Assembly (NCBI GenBank): GCA_016871715.1
Contig: VHCO01000002.1
Location: 13,771 to 77,770 of the forward strand
From: Verrucomicrobiota bacterium
GTDB taxonomy: Bacteria > Verrucomicrobiota > Verrucomicrobiia > Limisphaerales > J093
Direction of reading: 5' to 3'
DNA: 64,000 nucleotides
Numbering within the stretch: position 1 is the first letter of the stretch; each line of letters begins with the position of its first letter. Shown here one piece after another: positions 57,401-64,000 of this stretch. The notes beneath the pieces were generated by a model. It made no database searches, was not told the origin of the DNA, and was given only the letters and a program-made list of their open reading frames with translations. A program made the translations under genes and the position numbers.

Positions 57401-59011
57401 TCCATGCACGTATTCGTGGCACACGATCTCGGCGTCCAGGCTGCCATCGCGGTCGGGTTGGGGCCCATCGAACACGTACATCTGCATGCGGCCCGGGAAG
57501 CCGTCGGGTGGCGGATAGAAGTTGGCGTTGTTGACGTGGAAGGGGTCGTTGAGAGCCGCGCCATCCAACGCGTCGGCCTGGATGGCGTCGCCTCCGCGTC
57601 CACCGCGGCCGAAGTTATTGTTTTGGAAGTTGCCCGCCGCCTCGGTAAAGCCGAGGTCGTAGAGGCGATCGTGCATGTAGTTGTTCCAGTAGAACAGATT
57701 CACCACGGACGCGTTGGTGGAGGCCATGGGGGCAATGGCCAGGTCCAGCGGGAAATCGAAGACCGGCGGTGTGGCGTTCGACCAGGGCCGGGGAAGGTCC
57801 GGCCGGTCGTCGTCATCCAGATCGGTATGGGCGTCGACGTTGTTGCCCATGGTGCGGAATTGGCCGGCTGGGTTAGCTGGATCGAGCCAACCGGCGGGCG
57901 AGCCCACGGCGGAGAGCGACGTCAGGTTCTGGAGGAGCGTGCGCGGTACGATGGGAGGTTGTGCGCTGAGCGGTTGCGGGTGGCCGGGGCTGAAGGGCGA
58001 GGGGCTATCGCTGGTAAAGACTCGGTAGGTGCCGGGAATGGCCTGCGGGGGCGCCTGGTACCGAGTCAGGTTGTGGCGCACCAGCACCTCGCCCGTCTCC
58101 GCGTCCACCAGGCTGCGGTACATCTCCGCCCGGGCCCGACTGACGAGGATGACCTGCCAACACAGGCGCATCGAGTCGCGGTCCAGCGGCAGCCAGGTCA
58201 GTTCCGTGTAGCTCGAGCCTTTGAGGCCCGGCGCCTGGAACTCCTGTCTCAGCTCGAGACCGTCGGCCGCGCCCAGGGCGCTCACGGCTGTGGCTTCGAG
58301 GGTCGTCCCCACATTGGCCGCGGCTCGGGCGATGGCCATCTCGGGGCTGAAGGGCGGGCGACTGAGCAGGTTCGCCCAGTGCGGCGCCGCTTTGGCGGCG
58401 GAGCGGCCGGCATCGGGGACGAACTGGCTCGAGAGGGAAGCCAACTCTTCGTTCGCGGTGATGTGGCCCTTGAGGAGCGCCGCGAAGACGGGCACGCCTT
58501 GGAATTCCTGCTGCCAAATCACGGTGCGCAGACCGCTGTGGGCCGCGACGTAATCGCGGGTGATCCGGGCGGAGGCCAATGCGTCGGCGTTATGGCCGAA
58601 CAAGCCAGCATGCTCATTCAGGAAAGCCTTCACGACCCGATGCTGGTCCGTGCGGGGGAAAGCCGCGATGGCCGTCGCCGAGAGGGCTCGGCCTTGGCCG
58701 CCCGGGCCGGTGAGGAAACCGTCATCGGCCACAATATGGCGCGGGGCGTTGAGCAGGGTGTCCCTTCCGATAGCGATGCCGGGGACGCGTTGGTATAAGG
58801 TGCTCAGGGCCTGCGCCTGGGCAGCGTCAGCGGGCACCAGGCCACCCGGGACCGGCGCAAAGGAAGACGCGCGCGCGGCGCCGCCGAGGGTGCGCTTGTC
58901 GAAGTTGGGCAGCGGCGGCCGGGCCGGGGCGACCTGCGCCCAGGCCGCCAGCCAGCCGCTGGCCACCAACGCGAGGCCGAGGACAAAAATGGATCGTGCT
59001 TTCATGGTCAA
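54437..59011 (-). CDS. Secreted M36 (fungalysin-family) metalloprotease with PPC-like, Ig-like, B-repeat-like, jelly-roll and C-terminal domains
   Basis: 1524 aa. Signal peptide, FTP/PepSY-like propeptide, LGFTEAAGNFQ..NFG, HEYVHGLSDRL, GMGEGWSDF, GIRRYPYS and EVHNQGEVW. Confidence 0.92.
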   Translation of the reverse strand: MTMKARSIFVLGLALVASGWLAAWAQVAPARPPLPNFDKRTLGGAARASSFAPVPGGLVPADAAQAQALSTLYQRVPGIAIGRDTLLNAPRHIVADDGFLTGPGGQGRALSATAIAAFPRTDQHRVVKAFLNEHAGLFGHNADALASARITRDYVAAHSGLRTVIWQQEFQGVPVFAALLKGHITANEELASLSSQFVPDAGRSAAKAAPHWANLLSRPPFSPEMAIARAAANVGTTLEATAVSALGAADGLELRQEFQAPGLKGSSYTELTWLPLDRDSMRLCWQVILVSRARAEMYRSLVDAETGEVLVRHNLTRYQAPPQAIPGTYRVFTSDSPSPFSPGHPQPLSAQPPIVPRTLLQNLTSLSAVGSPAGWLDPANPAGQFRTMGNNVDAHTDLDDDDRPDLPRPWSNATPPVFDFPLDLAIAPMASTNASVVNLFYWNNYMHDRLYDLGFTEAAGNFQNNNFGRGGRGGDAIQADALDGAALNDPFHVNNANFYPPPDGFPGRMQMYVFDGPQPDRDGSLDAEIVCHEYVHGLSDRLVGGGVGIYALQTAGMGEGWSDFYPLCILSETTDDPHACYAVGGYATFMFFDMTENYYFGIRRYPYSTDMMKNPLTFKDIDPTRADPHLGIPISPWLEAFGVAPEEVHNQGEVWCVALWEVRANLVDTLGWDEGNHTALQLVTDGMKLCPPNPTFLEARDGILLADQIAYGGANRNEIWLGFAKRGMGFSAKAPPSDTTIGVVEAFDVPDDVVIAPPDGIFEISFIPSNNSTLQAGVTAPVFVRVRDGAGVTNATVRGTVDGVLPIAYANAGVFPDARAGDSIYSAEVTPALTATNLTITVAITAPGKIPSTNTVNYFVATRPPNDLFANATKVKAEGSFIASNNRYADPNLEPAEPRHANVATAGSSLWWAWTPTSNTPALVDTGGSKFSTVLGVYTGTNLTSLKEVGSAQTSPQNRQSYVQFTAKKGETYYVAVAGSSTNATGQIALRILPGANPDLTAPLLTVSQPVNGLIINQNTVDVVASAVDPEPGSSGVDRINFGVSPRQFGAVMSVVPSATGTTNRLALTTGRNTITVTATDGVGNTSDPVQITVTYRRLPVPNDQFALATELVGDSGSVSVNNLEATKEVGEPEHADNPGGRSVWYWWRAAADGTLLVSTENSSFDTLLGVYTGTRVDQLTTIAANDDAFDGSRFSKSQFAVRAGQQYYIAIDGFNAASGVIQLAYTFTPMKVYVLTVEQSAGGRIRERTPGAYPVPADSTETLTALPDAHFEFAGWEGDVISPSNPVAFAVRRNLTVRAVFRPRFYADDFETGNLSKLAWIGAGAKGWTVTDSTAAAGKFSARSGAITHAQTSSLSLTAAFYGGDASFDLRLSSEPTWDALSFLVDGVLVQKWSGDIAWGTYGFRLAAGTHTLEWRYTKDNQNSLGLDAAFIDNVNLPIQPAIDASSAARLMLVRRPQGQVELRVQGKTNQVYIIQTTTTSPPTLRSNWVPYSTNAASYGEIRLTVDPQASTDPQRFFRAIPR

Positions 59012-59092
59012 CTATACTGCGCGCATCCGCCGTCTCCCGCGCGACAATCGGGGCCGTCAGATCATCGGCCGCAGGCGTCGGTGCGTCCTCTG

Positions 59093-62000
59093 CTACAGAT
59101 CATACCGCACGCGATAGTAGCGTTGCCGTTCGACCGGCGCACTTAGCACCTCGGTCACGGTCCGGGTCTCGATGCGGTCCGAGTTGTTCGTGAGCGTCTG
59201 CAACAATCGCCAATCGGGCGCGGATAGACTCGACGTCGACTCGATAAAGTAGGTCGTGCGCGCCGCGGCGTCGAAGGTGATTTCGACGGTGAACGGGCTG
59301 GGATTGGCCACGCGGACATTGCGGATCTTAATGCCGTCGAAGGGCCAGTTATCGAACCCGTTGGCCAGACCGTCGGCGTCCGAGTCGATCACCTTGCTGT
59401 CCAAGAGGGCCAGGTTCACCCGCAGCGTCTTGATCACGTTGCCGCCCATTCGCGACGCCACCTCCGCTGAACTAGCCGGCCCGGCGAAGTCCCGTACCCA
59501 CCGCAAGCGGCCCTCGAAGCGGCCATCCAGGCTCTCGACCGGCACATTCGCGTTGGCGAAGTAAATGGTCATACCCGGGTCGATCGCGACCGTGCCCTCG
59601 AGATCGGCTCGCACGGACGGATCCAACTCGAGGTAATCCACGTAGAGCGCGAAGTTGCCGGGCAAAGGCAGCCCGCCCGCGTCCAACGGCTTGCCGAATC
59701 GCAGCTCGCCGAAAGGAAACACCTTGAGGATCAGCCGGCCGATGGCGGCGTTATCCTTGAAACCGGTGCGCGACGGGCCGCGATCTTCGGCCGCCCAACT
59801 GTGGAACGTGCTGAAGAAGCGGGGGGCGGTGGTGTCGACACGGGTGCCGAGGAGGTCGCCGACCAGGGGCTTGCGCCAGAGGTGGAGGCCGTCCTGGACG
59901 GACAATTGGTTGTTGGCGCCGCCGCCGGTGTCCGAGAGGCTGTTGGTGACGGTCAGATGGAGCGCGCGCCGGGCGACGACGGCGTGGTTGCGCAGCTTGA
60001 GGTCATCGGCGAACAGGAAGATGTCGCCGCCGGAGTCGGTTCGCCCGCCCTCGAGGGTGGCGGCGCCGGCGATCATGGTGTGGGTGGCTTGGCTGGCGAT
60101 GCTGCCGCTGTCGAAGTACTCATCCGCGGCGATGCGGTGCGAGACGGCATTCAGGTTGGCGCGGTTGACGAAGCGGGTCCAGTGCCGGCCGCTGGGGTAA
60201 TCGCTGCCGTAGTTCGCCACGTCCTGCACGTTGAGGGTGCCGGCGTTGGTGAAAAAGCGCAGGCTGGGGGCATTGGTGTGCACCCAATTCACGAGGGCGT
60301 TGGTGAAGGAGATCCGGCCGTTGAGCGTGAAGCTCTCGCCGTCAACGACAAAGTTCTTGCCCAGGACCGCAGCGTCGTTAAACGCGACGTTCGTGCTGCG
60401 GAGGGTAAGGGTATCCACCACGACTTGTTGTGTGCGCGTGAAGAAGTCGGCGCTCAAGATCAGGACATGGATCCCGACGTCGATCGCGTTGGTAACGGGG
60501 TTGAAGTAATTGGTGTTGGCGTCAATGAACCAGTTCGACAACACCAGCGCGTATTGGTTGGTCCACAAACCAGTCCAAGCCATCATGAGCCCTCGGACGC
60601 GATCGACGCTTTCCTTGGTGAGACTCTGCACCGTCAAGAGGCCGTTGGTCGACGCCAGGTCGTACATCAGGTTCTCGCAATCCACACGCGCCCCCGCGCT
60701 GCTCACCAAGTGCTTCGCTTTGACCGCAACCGAACCCATCCCCCGCACGCGCGTCTGAGTCAGGTCCACCGTGTCCCCGACGATCTCGATTCGCCCGGGG
60801 AGATTGGTGGGCGTGACGCCCGGGACCTGCGGCGGACGCGCCTCGAGGTAGTCGACTGACCCGCCCCAAGCGGCAAAGAGGTTGGTGGCTAGAATGTTCG
60901 AGAAACCGGGCTCATAAACTAAGTTGCGGTACAGCTCGGTGTTCCCATTGGCGCCCAAAGCGAACTCGAAGGGCTCCGGCGGCCCGCGCCAGACCTCGTA
61001 GGCGATCGGCCGGGCGCTCAGCGTCCAAACGTCGATGTTCGTCAAGATCAGCGTGTTGGTGTTGACCGCGAGACTGTCGATGAAGTAAAGGGCGTTCACC
61101 TCCTGCGCGTTCCGGACCACGTTGGTGGTCCGCGAGCTGAACTCGACGGCCGCGGTCCGGAACCCGCCTAAGCCTCCGAACCCGCCAAAGAATCGGCAGC
61201 GGACCTGGAAATTGGTGTCGTTGACGCCGACCGCGACGGCTTGGCGCCAGGTGTTTGTGGGGATAAACACGTTCGAGAGCGACCCATCGAAGTTGGTCAG
61301 GGTCAGATTCAGCCCGGAGACGAAGCCGGTATTGCCAAAACTGGTGTTATAGATCAGAGGGATCAGGGTCTGGAAGGACTGGAACCCGTTGAACCCGCCC
61401 CGCGCCGTTACCGGATGCCGCGGTGCCGTGGCCAAGATATCCCCGCCAAAGAAGCGGATGATGTTCGCCGTGTTGATCGGCCCGTTCTGGGGCGGGTCTT
61501 GCACGCCTGCCCCCCACCATTCGTCGTAGATCGCATTGTCCGGCTCGAAGGAATCGGGAATCTGGTCGTCATTTAGGTCGTAGATCGCGTTAGCCCAGGG
61601 GAACGATTCGATGGATAACACCTCGAGACCGCTGCGACTGAGGTTGAGGTTTTGGCCCTCGAGACGCAGGAGACCGGAATTACCGACCGTCATGGTGCGC
61701 CGGCTGACGATGTTGGTGGCGGAGATGCGCAGGGAGCTGGGGGCAAACAAGTTGCTGTAGCCGAAGTAGGCGGCCGAACCCAGGGCGAAGAGGTCGCCTT
61801 CGTTGATAAAGTTCTTCGCCGGACGGCGCCGGCCGAGGTCGTCGGTGGTGTCGATCCGGAAACCGGGGTAACCGTACATGGACCCGCGGTTGGTGTAGTT
61901 GAGGGTATTCTGGAAGTCGTACGGGATCGCGCTCTGGACGGCAAAGATGCCGTAATTGGCAAAGGCGAAGGCGTCGATCTGTGGGGCGTTGGTGAAGACG

Positions 62001-62101
62001 ACCGTGCCGATGTTTTCGTAGAGCGGGATGGTGAACGGCCCGGCGCGCAGGCCGTACCCCGCCAGCCCCCCCAGCACCGCTAGCAGCAAGAACTTTCTCA
62101 T
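59093..62101 (-). CDS. Secreted hypothetical protein with TSP3-like Ca-binding motif and shared C-terminal domain
   Basis: Signal peptide MRKFLLLAVLGGLAGYG (start 62101); DSDADGLANGFD; ends YFIESTSSL..PDW...QRYYRVRYDL. Confidence 0.8.
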   Translation of the reverse strand: MRKFLLLAVLGGLAGYGLRAGPFTIPLYENIGTVVFTNAPQIDAFAFANYGIFAVQSAIPYDFQNTLNYTNRGSMYGYPGFRIDTTDDLGRRRPAKNFINEGDLFALGSAAYFGYSNLFAPSSLRISATNIVSRRTMTVGNSGLLRLEGQNLNLSRSGLEVLSIESFPWANAIYDLNDDQIPDSFEPDNAIYDEWWGAGVQDPPQNGPINTANIIRFFGGDILATAPRHPVTARGGFNGFQSFQTLIPLIYNTSFGNTGFVSGLNLTLTNFDGSLSNVFIPTNTWRQAVAVGVNDTNFQVRCRFFGGFGGLGGFRTAAVEFSSRTTNVVRNAQEVNALYFIDSLAVNTNTLILTNIDVWTLSARPIAYEVWRGPPEPFEFALGANGNTELYRNLVYEPGFSNILATNLFAAWGGSVDYLEARPPQVPGVTPTNLPGRIEIVGDTVDLTQTRVRGMGSVAVKAKHLVSSAGARVDCENLMYDLASTNGLLTVQSLTKESVDRVRGLMMAWTGLWTNQYALVLSNWFIDANTNYFNPVTNAIDVGIHVLILSADFFTRTQQVVVDTLTLRSTNVAFNDAAVLGKNFVVDGESFTLNGRISFTNALVNWVHTNAPSLRFFTNAGTLNVQDVANYGSDYPSGRHWTRFVNRANLNAVSHRIAADEYFDSGSIASQATHTMIAGAATLEGGRTDSGGDIFLFADDLKLRNHAVVARRALHLTVTNSLSDTGGGANNQLSVQDGLHLWRKPLVGDLLGTRVDTTAPRFFSTFHSWAAEDRGPSRTGFKDNAAIGRLILKVFPFGELRFGKPLDAGGLPLPGNFALYVDYLELDPSVRADLEGTVAIDPGMTIYFANANVPVESLDGRFEGRLRWVRDFAGPASSAEVASRMGGNVIKTLRVNLALLDSKVIDSDADGLANGFDNWPFDGIKIRNVRVANPSPFTVEITFDAAARTTYFIESTSSLSAPDWRLLQTLTNNSDRIETRTVTEVLSAPVERQRYYRVRYDL

Positions 62102-62161
62102 AGAGTCTCGAATTCGCATCGGAGCCAAGTCGCCCTATCCGCCACCGTCAAGCCCGCCACG

Positions 62162-63634
62162 CTACGGCGTGCCCGGGGCCCGCCAAGGATTACTGCCCTC
62201 GTCCGCTCGACCCGACAAAACACGCGCCTCCAATTCTCGAATCAAGGTGCCATCCGGATAGACCACGGGCGCGTTCGTGGTCCCGTCGTAAGAACTCCAC
62301 CAAATGTCGATGAAGGCGTCCGTCTGGCCCCCCGGCCCCACATGTAACAAGTCCGGCCCCAGCTTGGTATAGGTGATCTCGATGGGCGGGGTGATCAACC
62401 CTGGCCCCGAGAGGGTCTCGATGCCGTTGATGGTGTCCTGGCTCACAAAGGGAATCGTGCGGGAGAGCCACAGGGGCACGTAGATCGCCAGCCCAAGATC
62501 CGACGCCGTGAACACAATGTCCGGCCGCGCCAGAGTCCGCTGCAACACCTGCGAGCGCAGGGCGAAGTTGGTGATGTACTGGTCGCGCCAGACGTTGGTT
62601 TGGGTCAGCCATAGACCGGTCAACGAGTCGTTGTCCAGCCGCACAAAGGTGAGCTTGTCGATGCCCGGCCGCAGCGCGATGTTCACCAGCACATTGGTCC
62701 CGAAGATGTTGGTGCCGGCCACATTCGTCCCGCCGGGCGCGCCCCAAGGCGAGCCGGAGCCGCCCGTCAACATCCCGTTCCCAGGGACCGTTGTCCCCAC
62801 GGGCGCCACCACGGCGTTGGTCGCCACGCTCTCGACGTTGTAATTGCGGAACTGATAGATGTGGCGCAGCCCTCCAACGTCGTCCCGGGTCAACCCGGTG
62901 AAGAAGAGGCCCGGTTGGAAGGAAGCGGAGCCGCCCACGCCGCCGATGGTGCCGGCGTCCAGCCCGCTCAGGGCGGCCACGGAGGTCACGCTCGGCATGG
63001 TGGGGTCCACCTCGAACTCGACCGCTTCCCAAACCGGGTCGGTGTAGGTCTGCAGAATCTGGTACGTGTAGAGTGCGCCGTTGACATAGCTCGACGGCCG
63101 CAAGGTGACCGGATCGAAACTGCGCTGGATCACCGCAAACGACCAGGGCGGCACATCGACCGCCGACCGCAGCGTCCACACATACCGCTCCGGACAGGCC
63201 AACCCCAACTCCTCGAGCAGCACGCTCATGGTCCACGACTTGAGGTCGTGCAGCGCCAGGGCGGCGGCCAGGTGATTGAACCGGCGCGTGTCCAGCGGGT
63301 ACTCCGCGAGCGTGTCGCTCATGCTCGAGAAGGGAGGCAGATCGTTGAAGACCTGGACCGCCTTTTCGACCTCGAGCACGCCGCGGCTGCCGAAGTAATT
63401 GATGAAGGACTCGTCAAAGCCGTAGGTGATGAACGGCTGGTTCCAGCGGTACTCCTCCCCGAGGTTCATCGGGCCGCCCAGGTCTGCCCCGATTGCATAG
63501 CCCACCACCGGCGTCTGCCAAACTGCGCCCCCGCCATCGATGGCGAAGGGGCCCAACATCGAGAACGCCGTGGCCTGTTGGACCAACCCCACAAGCACAG
63601 CCGCCGATAGAACTCTCTTCAAATGGCGCATCAT
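62162..63634 (-). CDS. Secreted hypothetical protein with matrixin (M10)-like fold signature but no zinc-binding histidines
   Basis: 490 aa. Signal peptide, WNQPFITYGF, DLKSWTMSVLLEELGLACP and LTRDDVGGLRHIY. Confidence 0.75.
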   Translation of the reverse strand: MMRHLKRVLSAAVLVGLVQQATAFSMLGPFAIDGGGAVWQTPVVGYAIGADLGGPMNLGEEYRWNQPFITYGFDESFINYFGSRGVLEVEKAVQVFNDLPPFSSMSDTLAEYPLDTRRFNHLAAALALHDLKSWTMSVLLEELGLACPERYVWTLRSAVDVPPWSFAVIQRSFDPVTLRPSSYVNGALYTYQILQTYTDPVWEAVEFEVDPTMPSVTSVAALSGLDAGTIGGVGGSASFQPGLFFTGLTRDDVGGLRHIYQFRNYNVESVATNAVVAPVGTTVPGNGMLTGGSGSPWGAPGGTNVAGTNIFGTNVLVNIALRPGIDKLTFVRLDNDSLTGLWLTQTNVWRDQYITNFALRSQVLQRTLARPDIVFTASDLGLAIYVPLWLSRTIPFVSQDTINGIETLSGPGLITPPIEITYTKLGPDLLHVGPGGQTDAFIDIWWSSYDGTTNAPVVYPDGTLIRELEARVLSGRADEGSNPWRAPGTP

Positions 63635-63637
63635 AGG

Positions 63638-64000
63638 CTAGCGAATGCGAATCACGCGGTAATAACTGGCCGCGCTCGTGGCCGGAATCAAGGTCGAGGC
63701 CACGTTACCCGCCGCAAACCGCGGGCCCTCGAGATCGCTCCAAGCCGCCAGATCCGCGGAGGCTTGCAGTTGGTAGAGCGAGCCGGGGGCGGCATTCCAC
63801 TCGATCAGGAGACCACCCGTCACGGGAACGATCCGCGTCCGCAGCACGCTCGTCGCTTCCAGCGGGTGCGTGCCGGCCAGGAATTCCTCGAGATTCGATG
63901 CGCCGTCTCGGTCCGAATCCGCGCTTGCCGCGGGCCACTGCTTCGAGTCGGCCCCCCAATAAAGCGTCTGCCAGTCGTCCGGCAGCCCGTCGTAATTGCG
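63638..64000 (-). CDS. C-terminal fragment (gene truncated by window edge) of a secreted protein with TSP3-like repeat and shared C-terminal domain
   Basis: Open frame to the window end: DGLPDDWQTLYWG...DSDRDGASNLEEFLAGTHP...LYQLQASADLAAW...SYYRVIRIR*. Confidence 0.85.
   Translation of the reverse strand, partial: RNYDGLPDDWQTLYWGADSKQWPAASADSDRDGASNLEEFLAGTHPLEATSVLRTRIVPVTGGLLIEWNAAPGSLYQLQASADLAAWSDLEGPRFAAGNVASTLIPATSAASYYRVIRIR

Noticed and set aside
59006-59017. GGTCAACTATAC as another copy of the dispersed motif
   Set aside because: Partial match that overlaps the M36 start region and a TATAGT -10-like hexamer on the minus strand; more simply explained as promoter/start sequence.
234-63959. 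Hundreds of overlapping or antisense ORFs in the track (for example 8701-10410, 10597-12210, 22086-24110, 23884-25581, 29454-31523, 32106-34088, 40006-41400, 54425-55936, 57404-58798)
   Set aside because: Shadow frames of real genes in high-GC DNA: Arg/Pro/Gly/Ala-rich or reverse-codon patterned, with no motifs, and fully overlapping well-supported CDSs.
1-64000. tRNA, rRNA, riboswitch, prophage, integrase, toxin-antitoxin or defence genes
   Set aside because: No recognisable signatures by eye. Small structured RNAs cannot be excluded without a covariance-model scan.

Overview
High-GC (roughly 68-70%, estimated by eye) bacterial chromosomal window. It is most consistent with a Verrucomicrobiota (Limisphaerales/Pedosphaerales-like) genome; this is inferred from protein types, not proven. 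No rRNA, tRNA, CRISPR array, integrase or intact transposase was seen. The left third (1-23.6 kb) is housekeeping and metabolic: 2-oxoacid:ferredoxin oxidoreductase alpha/beta, a FmdB-type Zn-ribbon protein, a degenerate mini-YchF, a P1B-4 metal ATPase, a CorA-like protein, an SDR-GH88-flavin oxidoreductase cluster, DUF3748/YidR-like and DUF1349-like proteins, dnaG, cvpA, purF, a TPR protein and a GH28-like enzyme. The right two thirds is dominated by very large exported proteins. These include an FG-GAP/ASPIC-UnbV protein and a ~2476-aa internally duplicated membrane protein with a type IV pilin-like domain embedded in its middle. A ~27-kb minus-strand run follows: M11-like and M36 metalloproteases, a protease-less paralogue, a beta-propeller protein frameshifted at a G11 tract, a matrixin-like pseudoprotease and two unknowns. 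Six of these share a C-terminal domain that looks like a sorting signal, and they are strikingly rich in Thr-Asn dipeptides. Intergenic gaps carry a recurrent GTGTCAACNATTA motif, GTAG-type REP-like palindromes and G-rich repeats. All assignments come from motif recognition by eye; no database searches were run.
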